DNA of 64,000 nt from Paraspadella gotoi (taxonomy: Eukaryota > Animalia > Chaetognatha): contig CM119263.1 of the NCBI GenBank assembly GCA_051294375.1, forward strand, positions 14,931,574 to 14,995,573, given 5' to 3'. Of the stretch, positions 39,301 to 51,300 are shown piece by piece; the first letter of the stretch is position 1; every line of letters begins with the position of its first letter. The position numbers and the translations under genes are program-made. The notes below the pieces were generated by a model. It was not told the origin of the DNA, made no database searches, and worked only from the letters and a program-made list of their open reading frames with translations.

Positions 39301-42300
39301 ACAAAAATAATGAGGAAGAGAAGTAGAGAAAGAGAAAAAAGAAAGCAAAAGAGAGAAGAGAAAACAAAATATACTAGAATTAGAATTCGAGGGAATCCTT
39401 TCGTTTTGTTGTGTTATGAGATTAACAAAAATATTTGTTTTGTTACAACAATTTTATTTGACATAAAAAACAGACATGTTTCGACTCTGCTTCGAGTCTT
39501 CATCAGCGCATTCAGGAGCCAGAGTTAAAAAGAAAATACCATTAAATACTTTAGTTTGTTTTAAATATTAATATTTTAAATTTAAAGTTAAATTATAAGA
39601 GAAAGTTTCATTTGCTTACTACAACGATTTGTTTTTATTAGTCGGATCTGCTTATCAGCAGATCCCGACTCGACTTTGTCGGTCCGTCAGTCCGCCTCCT
39701 TAATATTGTCGGGCACATACTTATATCATTTCAGAACATCGAATTATGATAAATTATGCAAAACCAGGCTGAGGGCAGTGGCCAGCAAGGGGCTGCCCAA
39801 GTAACCGTTGACGCAAGTTCAACCTCTGCCCCCCAGGAGGAAGAACGAGACCTTGCTGCTGAAGGACCGACCACGCCCACCACAGTGGGAGAAGCAAAAG
39901 CGTCTCAAGAACGTGGGCCACCTGTCCCTCCCCTACCACCAGGGGATCACTGAAGCATTGGTGCAGCTGCTAGCAAAGCAAAGTAAAGAATCCCCACATC
40001 AGTGACAGCCCGCGGCTCTTTACTTGAGCTTTTGGTGAAACCGAAAGATAAAATTCCCAGATCGATCACTTCAGGAGCCATCTATTGGGCGGCCTGTGCA
40101 GGCAAGAGAAACCAAACCTGCTCAGCAGCATATGTGGGCGAGACGGAAAACTGGTTCACTAGAGGCAATTTACATCAAAGCCCTCGAGCCCTCTCTGAAT
40201 CGTGATGGAGAATGATTCGACCTCCCTCCAAGCTATGATTCGCTAATCAGAATGGAGGTGGAATGCCCAGCACCACCCCAACCGCATGGTGATTCCCCCG
40301 TCCCTACTCAACGGGTCAGGCGGATGCCTCTCAGCAAGCAATGGACGTCCGATACCACTCCCGAGCCTGCAGCAACGTCGTGTGACTCTCCTCACACTGA
40401 GTGTTGCCCAAAACGACGGCTGCAGGAGGAGGGAGAGGAATCTGTATCCCTTGCAGGCCAGAACAGATAATCGCCCACCTCGTCGTCAGGCGAGAGGAGG
40501 GCCTTCGGCAGGCTTTTTTTTCCAGACTCTACGACAATACCCTCTCAGCCCATGACAAGTCAATGACCCGACCATGTTGTCAACGTCCCACATTTGCCCA
40601 GCCGGGGGGGGGGGCAGGTCTTTTTTGAGCTCTTTCTTTTTTTCATTTCACTAATCCATTAACTTACATATCCTTTCTCAATAGTTTGTTGGAAACTCTC
40701 TCTTTTCATCTCTCTCTCTCTTTCTCTCTCTCCCCCTCAAAGTCAATGTTAAAAATGTGGATTGACGACAAATTTTTATACTAAAAAAATCAAATTTGAG
40801 AAAAGAAAATTAATTTATAAACAAAAACAAAAAGAAGAAAAGAATAAATATAAAGAAAGAATAGAAAGGAAAGAAAGAATAGAAAGGAAATAAAGAATAG
40901 AAAGGAAAGAAAGAATAGAAAGAATAAAAAAGAAAGCAAGAATAGAAAGGAAAGAAAGAATAGAAAGAATAAAAAAGAATGAAAGAATAGAAAGGAAAGA
41001 AAGAATAGAAAGAAAGAATAGAAAGGAAAGAAAGAATAGAAAGAAAGAATAGAAAGAAAGAAAGAATAGAAAGAAAAAAAATAGAAAGGAAAGAAAGAAT
41101 AGAAAGGAAAGAAAGAATAGAAAGGAAAGAAAGAATAGAAAGGAAAGAAAGAAAAATAAAAATAAAGAGAGAGTGACGAGAAGAAAGAAAGTAATAAAAA
41201 CTCGATGTTGCAATAGCAAAATGATAACATACACGAATGCGATGCCTAATTTTACGAGTTCAATCCTTTTTTTAAATAAAAACGCAGAGAGAGAGAGAGA
41301 GATAAGCCAAATCGTTTTCGGACGAGTCAGCAGCGGCAGCAGCAGCAGAGGAAGCCAGAAATAAAAAGAAAGAAATCAAAAAGCAGCAGCAGAAGCAGCA
41401 GGAGAATCGTTTTCGAATCAGCAGAAGCAGCTTAAGATTCGTTTTTTTTCCCGATGAATCAGCCTGGGGAAAAGAGAGAGAGAGAACTACATATAATTAA
41501 AAGAGAAAAGAGAGAGAGAAGGAGACATAAAAATAATAGAGGAAATTTGTTTGTTTTGATCAAACGTAAACAAAACATATTTAATAACTGTCCTCACCCA
41601 ATTTCAAGGACCTCGATGATGAAAAGCTGTATATAAATTTTCACCTTCATACACCCAAATTTAATCATGAAAAAGGCGATCGCAAAGCAACGTAAAGCAA
41701 CGCGACGCAACACAAAGCAACGCAAAGCGATTGCGACGATAAAAAAACCTGTTGATCATTAACGCTGATGAAGACTCTAAATATAGTCGAAACATGTACA
41801 ACGTTAAATTTGTTAAAATAAATCGTTGTTGATGCAATAAAAACTGTTTTTTCCTAAATACCATACACAACAAAATAAAAGGATTACAACAATGTCTACT
41901 AAAGATTATATTTAAAAAAAATTGACAGTAGAGCCTTAAGGGAACCCAGTGATCGAGGGGGGTCAGGGGGGATAAAAGGCTGATATCATAACGTTTGGTC
42001 CTTCAANNNNNNNNNNGATATCATTTTTATCACTGGGTCCCCTTAAATTGTATTTTTTAAGTAAATCATATTCCTTAAACCATTTACTATTGAGCTAAAA
42101 TTAACCTCAAAAGGAAAAAGAAGCAATAAGTCCCATATAACTTGAGTCTTTTTCCAGTGCCGTAACAGTATTAAATGATCTGACAATGCAACTCCGTCTT
42201 TAAAAATGTACATATTTACTCGAAGAAACCAATCAGTAATCAGAAGAGCATCACAAATTCCAACCGCAAAACCGAATACATAATTAATAGATAAAAAGAT

Positions 42301-45300
42301 ACTTTGTTGAAAAATAAGGGCGGTAGAAATATACTGTGTTACAAGGCGAACCACAAATAATATAAATCCTTTGTTATTATAAGCATTAATACATCGTTCA
42401 AGACACAAAATATGGCAGAGGCTGCAAACTCGTTGCTGTTTTTCCATCTTATATTTTTCAACTTCTTTAACGTTCGAATTTTTGGTTACATTGGTAAACA
42501 AGAAATGCTTTAGAAGGGACTCCATATTTTTTGTATGAAATTTAAAGTTGCGCTTGGTTGTAATTTCTGTTTTGACGCTGACGATGAAATCATCCAAAGC
42601 CAGAAACGCCTCTTTAAATAAACGAAATTCTCGTGGACACTTGCATAATGCCTGGGTAAAAATACGGGCATCCACCCAAAATCCTCGCAAATAGGTATGT
42701 GCTACTGCAGTGGAAATATGTTGCCCCAACCATAAACTTGCCATACCAATAGAAGTGCCAGGGCCTCTTATGAGCACATTACCAAGCAAATCAATTTCCA
42801 AACAATAACCTTTTTCAATAATGAAATAACTGGGGCAAGAATTTGGGTGTTTTGAACATGGTAAAACCCTTTTTTTTCTCTGTGACAAAGGTTACTTAAA
42901 TACAATATATTTGTAATATTGTTTTAGCAATATTATACCCATAGATTTTTTTAATTTAAGCGTAGTAAAAAATCTAAATTTAACTTAAATTAAAATTCTA
43001 AAAGTGAGGAATGAATAACGTATTAATGAACAGTAATGTATAAAAAAATTGTATTATAATTTTTGAAATTTATGCAGTAGGCTATATTTATATATCGTAC
43101 TAACCCTATAAATGTTTTTATAATATTTTTTTGCCGATAAAAAGAAATATATCTCTTTTTTAAAAGGGACTCCCGTACATCTCCGTGCCTCAACTCTAAC
43201 CCTAACCGCCTTCACGAGTCAACCATGGGCCCGGGCTTCCAGTTCAACTCCGTGACTCTCCTCCAACCCTAACCCTGGCCTCCCGTACATCTCTGTGCCT
43301 CAACCCTAACCCTAACCTCCTAACCGTCAAGCACGGGCCTCTCCCCTAACTCTAACCCTTACCTGGACCTCCCGTTCAACTCCGTGCCTCTCCCCCAACC
43401 CTAACCCGGGCATGGGCCTCCCATACATCTCCGTGCCTCAACCCTAACCACCTTTGACACAATGAACTAATTCAAAAAGTTGCATTGAAAATCGATTTAG
43501 TAATTGAAGGAAAAAATCTTAAAAGCATAAAGATCGTCGCAATCGCAAAATAAAAATCTGGATTAACGACAAATTTTGATACTAAAAAAAAATCAAATTT
43601 GAGAAAAGAAAATTAATTTACAAACAAAAAAAAATGAAGAAAAGAAAAAATAGAAAGAAAAATCTGGATTAACGACAAATTTTGATACTAAAAAAAAATC
43701 AAATTTGAGAAAAGAAAATTAATTTACAAACAAAAAAAAAATGAAGAAAAGAAAAAATAGAAAGAAAGAATAGAAAGGAAAGAAAGAATAGAAAGGAAAG
43801 AAAGAATAGAAAGGAAAGAAAGAGGAGAAAGGAAAAAAAAGAATAGAAAGGAAAGAAAGAATAGAAAGGAAAGAAAGAATAGAAAGGAAAGAAAGAATAG
43901 AAAGGAAAGAAAGAAAAATAGAAATAAAGAGTGACGAGAAGAAAAAAGAAAAGCGGCAGCAGAAGAGGCAAAAAAAAAAATCAAAAAGCAGCAGCAGAAG
44001 CAGCAGGAGAAAAGAGTGAAAAAGAAAAAGCCCCTGCAGAGCCAGCTGCAGACTTTTTTTTCCCGATGAATCAGCCTGGGGAAAAGAGAGAGAGCTACAT
44101 AGAATTAAAAGAGAAAAGAGAAAGAGAAGGAGACATAAAAAAAATTTGTTTGTTCTGATAAAACGTAAACAAAACATATTTAATAACTGTCCTCACCCAA
44201 TTTCAAGGACCTCGGTGATGAGAAGCTGTATATAAATTTTCAGCTTCATACACCCAAATTTAATCATAAAAAAGGCGATCGATAAGTTGGAACGCCGATG
44301 ACTACGACAACGACGACTACGCCACTTATGCGCAAAAGCGTTATAGGATCGTCGCAAACGCAAAGCGATTGCGACATTAAAAAAAAATTTTAAGAGAACT
44401 AGAATTTATAAAAAGTGATCAATTTTGGCCCGTTGGGATTGAACTCGGTACCTGGTGGTCATAAGGTTCACGATTGAAGGTGTCATGCTTATTGGCAGGG
44501 TGAACTTATGCAATTCCCGACTACAACCCTAACCCTAAATTACTCAACCCTAAACCTAAACTACTCAACCCTAATCCTAACTACTACCAACTCATCCCTA
44601 AACCAACTCAACCCTAACCCTAAATCACCTCAACCCTAACCCTAATTTAAGTTTAGTTTAGGTGACATCGCCATAACTAGTACGCTTGATGTAGTTCAGC
44701 ACGAAATCACCAAATCGCGAATATAAATACTCAAAATTACCCAAGAAAGAGATCTCCAGCTATGAATAAATGAGCCTTGGGAGGAAAAATCAAGTACATT
44801 GATGATTCAATTATATGAGATATTAGCATGGAGTTAGAAAAAAAGCTTTGATCTTTAATAAGATTCTTTTGTTGAGCTGTGATCCTAATTCGGTGGGGAA
44901 TTGAGTGAAGCAGCTTTGATTGATCTTTCATAGTTGTACGATTCATGCCAAAATAACACAGATTAAGATAATCAATAACCTCTTGAGTATTTATACAATT
45001 AACATTCTGCTGTTGCATAACTCCTTTGATACAATCGAGCTTAATATGAATCTGACTAAGCGGCAAAATATTTGCAGTATAATGGGCTGTCATTTTAGCA
45101 TTGATTGTAGCCATCACATACATACCCATTACAGTTACAATAACCATACACCAGAAGTGGCCATAAGTTGATGGTAAGTATGCAAGAACATCAGAGCCCT
45201 CAGTCATTGCAATACTGAATAGAATCAAAAGATACCGCAAATAAAATTCATAGTATGGTATCATTTGATTCTGGTAGTAAGAACAATTAGCCAACTGAGT

Positions 45301-48300
45301 CTCCCAGTTTTGTGTACAAAGATACTGAAAATTAATCATAAAACTGAGAAAGACACGGGATGTTGAAAAAACGTTGACAGAAGCTGAATCTGCTACTTCC
45401 AAATAATGTTCAACTCGGTCAAGATCCTTGAAATAAAATTTTACGATGTCTTCTTCATTCCAGGCAATGGTAGAAAGATCGGCGCTGTTAGTCAATGCCT
45501 CTGTCGCAACTTGACGTAGGTTTTGATTAATCTGAAGCATTGTTTCACCCCACTCCTGCCTAAGATTTGAACAAAGACCCTCTTCAATTTTAGGGCCACG
45601 AAAGCCAATCCAGTAAAAGTAAGCAAGAAGATATTCCAATCTGTATTAATAAAAAGCAAATTACAGAAAAATTTTTATAACTAGGTATTAGAGTGATGTG
45701 AAAATACATTAGTGGGCACCAGTGAGCTATATTTATATATAGTAATAAGTATATAATAGGCTAAAATTTTAAAATGCAAATTTTCAAATTTTAAGATCGG
45801 ATTTGGATTTCTTGCAAAAAGTTGATAAAAGAAAGTACAATTCTTTTTTAAAAATTATTTTATTAAGTAGTCAAAAATGTAAAAAAATATATTTAAGACA
45901 CCGATTTTTAATTTCCAGCTTAAAAATATAGTTTTTTGTAATTTTAACCTACTTAATAACATAATTTTTGAAAAAGATTTATATTTTCTTTTATCAACTT
46001 TTAACGAGGAATCTGAATCTGTTCTCAGAATTAAAAAAAAACATTTTGAAATTTTTACATTATATAAGGGTAGTACTATATACAAAATAAGCTGACTGGG
46101 CTACTATATTTGTAAAAAAAAATAACTACAAAGTAATATTCACTAATTAGATAGTTTTCAAGATATAACTGCTAAATTTCAATTCCAAACTTTCACTTCA
46201 CTCTACTAGATATGTTTTCAAACAAGTTGAAGCAAACAATGACGTATCTGTGAGTGACAAGTTAAAATAAATCTCAAGTGATTTGGTAGCATTAAGATTA
46301 TAGAAAGAGAAAAGGGCAAACAATAAGTGAATAACAGAAAATGACTCAAGGATTTTGTTGCGGACTGATTTTATTTTGACATAAATATTTATTTTACCCT
46401 CTCATAAATGTAAAGCTGACAGATGATGTAATTAAAATCTATTTAGAATAGTCTTTACTTGTAAATGTATATTTTTTAATTTTTAAAGCCATTTATTATG
46501 GTTTATGTGTATTTTTAAAATTTTAAAATCTTTTCTACACTTACGGCGCAAAAAAAAGAAGACAATTCATTCACACCAAAAAACTATATTGGATAGATGA
46601 ATTTCACTGTAATATAAAAATATAAAACAAAGCTTATTGAAAAATAAAGCGATTGGTACATGTCTCATTAAAATCGATCAAAGCGTCAGAAAGTTATAGG
46701 ATGTCAAAGTCGATTGGTACAAAAATTCTTACGATAATAAATTAATTTTAATCAAGAAGAGTCTCTAACTTTTCTTTATTATAATATATTTATAATATAA
46801 AATTAACTGAACAAATTCAGCAACAAATATCTGTAAGGATAGGTATCAACCATTTTCAACATAAATCAAATTAAAATAAGTAGGAAAACTATATAGAAAA
46901 ACAATCTTTTAAAAATTAAAAAAAAAGTTGAGTGATAATTTACCCAAAATTAATTTCAAAGCTTATTTACATTTAAATTTTTTTCCTTTTGACATCTCGT
47001 GTTAAAGCAGACTCTTACTTTTACTTTTATTTTGCAAATTTTTATAAACTTTTACAATTATAGCCTGTGCAAAAAAAAGGATACCCAAAAACATTATGAA
47101 AATAAATCAAGTTAGATTCCTTTATTATAAGTAAATAATATCTATAACAAGTTTGAGCAAACAATGTCGGATCTGCCTACGATAATTAAGTGGTAATAAG
47201 CTAACTTGGTCAACTTGCATAATTTGGTCAACTGACATAATTTGGTTAACTGACATAACGGACGTACGGACAGACAGAGAGACGGACGGACGGACATAAT
47301 TTTTTTTGCATAATTTATCATAATTCGATGTTCTGACATGATATAAGTGTGTGCCCGACAATATTGAGGGGGCGGACCGACGGACCGACAAAGTGAATTT
47401 TAGAGTCGGGATCTGCTGATAAGCAGATCCGACTAAAAAAAGAACTATTGGTAGGGATTAGCAGTATTCGACAAAATTTTTATTTTTCTATCGGCCGAAA
47501 AATAATAGGGAATTTGATTCCTAAAAACAAGGCTTTTTGAAATATTTACTGTATGGAAAATACTAAAAAAAAATTTTATTTTTTAAATATAGGTACTGTA
47601 AGGGTAAGTCTAACTAAAAACCGAAAAAGAATCTTTCAAATAAGAAAAATATTGGAATAGTACAGAAAGCAATATTTCTTTTTATGTTGCGCAAAAACTA
47701 GGCTTTCCTCGCAAAAACTCTGGTTACAGGAGATGCAAATGGATTTTCTCTCAACAAATTGATCATTATTGATTCCCAAAAATGATGCGCAAAAATGCGC
47801 CAGCAGCAGTTCTGGCGATAGTCATTTTATATCATCTTTCCTATTGTATATTAAGGCCTATGAATCATCAATATGTATGAAACTGATATAATATATTTAT
47901 TATGATCTTAAGATTTATCATGTAAATCATATAAATAATGAAAAACAAGTTTGAGCACACAATGTTGGATCTGCCTACGATAATTAAGTGGTAAGCAGCT
48001 AATCAGATGATAAATCATAATAATTTTTTAATTTTTTTTAACTTGCATAATTTTTTCAATTCGCATCTTTTTTTCAACTCGCATCATTTTTTTCAACTTG
48101 CATCATTTTGCTAACTCACATCATTTTTTTAACTTGCATCATTTTTTCAAACTGCATAATTTTTTTAAATTTGCATAATTTTTTCAACATGCATAATTTT
48201 TTTAAGGGTTTGAAAAAGGACTGGCTAGGAATAATGAGGATATAATAAGCTTTCCCACTCACCCTGAATGAACCTCAATAAAAACCCTAACCCTAATTAA

Positions 48301-51300
48301 TTTATCTTACTTACGATCTTACGTCATTTATAGCAAGTCATTTTTTAAACCCTAACACTAACCTCTTATCTCATGCCAAGCTGGAACCTTAACGCAAGTA
48401 TTTTAACCCTAACCCAGGCTTTTTGTTTATTTCTGAGCTTCAACGCAAACCCTAGGTTATACAGTAGAGTGATGTGAAAATGATAAAATTTTAGAAAATT
48501 AAAATTTAACATATAAAACGTGAAAATAAAAACCATTAAAAATACTTTAGTAAATTTGGATTTGGATTCCTTGCAAAAAGTTAATATATGAAAGTATAAT
48601 TCTTTTTTAAAAATTCTTTCATTAAGTCAAAAATTTAAAAAACTATATTTAAGATGCCGATTTTTTATTTCGAACTTAAAAATATAATTTTTAGTCGGAT
48701 CTGCTTTCAGCAGATCCCGACTCTATAATTCACTTTGTCGGTCCGTCGGTCCGCCCCCTCAATCTTGTCGGGCATTCACTTATATCATGTCAAAACATCG
48801 AATTATGATAAATTATGCAAAAAAAACTATGTCCGTCTGTCTGTCTGTCCGTCCGTCCATCCCACCTTAGCAAAAAACACCAATTACTCGTGATTGGATG
48901 GATGGATTGGAATGAAATTTTGTGTGTGGGTAGGGAAGTGTGTGATTGGAAATCAAGTTTCGATGGAATCGTTTGAGTGGAAATGAGTTTAAATGGAAAA
49001 AACAAAGAACCTGTTGTGGCGACGAAGGTTTCGTCACTACGGGGTCAACCCGAGTTGGCCACTATGTTTAGCAATTGCGAGGGAAGCAGGTTACTGACTC
49101 TCCTCTGTCCTCTCTCTCTTTACTTGATCAGTGCCTCGCTCTCTCTGTTCAGTCTCAGCTCAAATCATGTACCTTGACTGTCTCTCTGTTCCTATTATCT
49201 AACCTGTCAATAAATATGTATTATGTGCCTCTACATAACTGGTGAGCCCGACTGAGAACACGCCAAAGATTAAAATCCCTTCTGAAACAAAATGGAATTG
49301 TTTAAGGCCTCGGTGTCGCTTGTCACCAAAGAAGACAATTGCATCATTTTGCTAACTCACATCATTTTTTTAACTTGCATCATTTTTTCAAACTGCATAA
49401 TTTTTTTAAATTTGCATAATTTTTTCAACATGCATAATTTTTTTAAGGGTTTGAAAAAGGACTGGCTAGGAATAATGAGGATATAATAAGCTTTCCCACT
49501 CACCCTGAATGAACCTCAATAAAAACCCTAACCCTAATTAATTTATCTTACTTACGATCTTACGTCATTTATAGCAAGTCATTTTTTAAACCCTAACACT
49601 AACCTCTTATCTCATGCCAAGCTGGAACCTTAACGCAAGTATTTTTAACCCTAACCCAGGCTTTTTGTTTATTTCTGAGCTTCAACGCAAACCCTAGGTT
49701 ATACAGTAGAGTGATGTGAAAATGATAAAATTTTAGAAAATTAAAATTTAACATATAAAACGTGAAAATAAAAACCATTAAAAATACTTTAGTAAATTTG
49801 GATTTGGATTCCTTGCAAAAAGTTAATATATGAAAGTATAATTCTTTTTTAAAAATTCTTTCATTAAGTCAAAAATTTAAAAAACTATATTTAAGATGCC
49901 GATTTTTTATTTCGAACTTAAAAATATAATTTTTAGTCGGATCTGCTTTCAGCAGATCCCGACTCTATAATTCACTTTGTCGGTCCGTCGGTCCGCCCCC
50001 TCAATCTTGTCGGCATTCACTTATATCATGTCAAAACATCGAATTATGATAAATTATGCAAAAAAAACTATGTCCGTCTGTCTGTCTGTCCGTCCGTCCA
50101 TCCCACCTTAGCAAAAAACACCAATTACTCGTGATTGGATGGATGGATTGGAATGAAATTTTGTGTGTGGGTAGGGAAGTGTGTGATTGGAAATCAAGTT
50201 TCGATGGAATCGTTTGAGTGGAAATGAGTTTAAATGGAAAAAACAAAGAACCTGTTGTGGCGACGAAGGTTTCGTCACTACGGGGTCAACCCGAGTTGGC
50301 CACTATGTTTAGCAATTGCGAGGGAAGCAGGTTACTGACTCTCTCTCTCTCTCTCTTACTTGATCAGTGCCTCGCTCTCTCTGTTCAGTCTCAGCTCAAA
50401 TCATGTACCTTGACTGTCTCTCTGTTCCTATTATCTAACCTGTCAATAAATATGTATTATGTGCCTCTACATAACTGGTGAGCCCGACGAGAACACGCCA
50501 AAGATTAAAATCCCTTCTGAAACAAAATGGAATTGTTTAAGGCCTCGGTGTCGCTTGTCACCAAAGAAGACAATCTTCACGATGGAATTTTAAAAATCAT
50601 CAAAGATGGAGCCGGCCTAGAGCACATGGTTTTCGACAATGGCGCTTACAATTTTGAAATAAAACTTTCAAACAAGCTTAACCTTTATGAAAAATGGGAA
50701 AGCGATATAGAATTGTGTGATGATGAAAAAACTTTTATTACTTCATCGTTTTCCAAACCAAAAGCGAAAAAGAAAAATTTTGTGCAATCGTTTGTGGCCG
50801 ACCTGAAATTCCAACAGTGACAAAAGGATTTTTTCAAAAAAAGAAATACGACGACCATCCCTCGGCAACGCAGATCATCAACAAGGAAGGTGGAATCACC
50901 TACGCCTTCAACGATCGCTGCCCTTGTTAAAGAGCCCCCTCCCGGCTGGGGGAAATCAAGGATGAGCAACGCCTCCACTGAAACTTTAAAAGTCAAAACG
51001 GTAAATGCCTCTACCGCCACCAAGTCAATCCTAACCGCGAATGCCACTACTGTCACCAACACTCCTAAATACGAAGACACTGCCGTGGGGACAGACCCTA
51101 TCATCATGGTCAACGCGGAAGTTGCTACTTTGGACAAAAAGGCGGCTGACATCTCCACGCAGACTCAATTCATGGGCGAAATAAATGTGGCAGACGCCAT
51201 GTCAGCGGCGATCGAGGTCCTCAATGCCACACGGCTATCAGCGCCATCGTTGCCAAATGATGCCCACCGACTCATTGGCGTCGCCATTGCGGCAATATGA

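Noticed and set aside
44520-44645. True telomere or chromosome fusion site
   Set aside because: The CCCTAA tracts are short, degenerate, dispersed in introns, and often lie inside repeats.
50685-51158. Antisense ORF in the LTR element
   Set aside because: It is a shadow of the GC-richer plus-strand frame and has no independent features.
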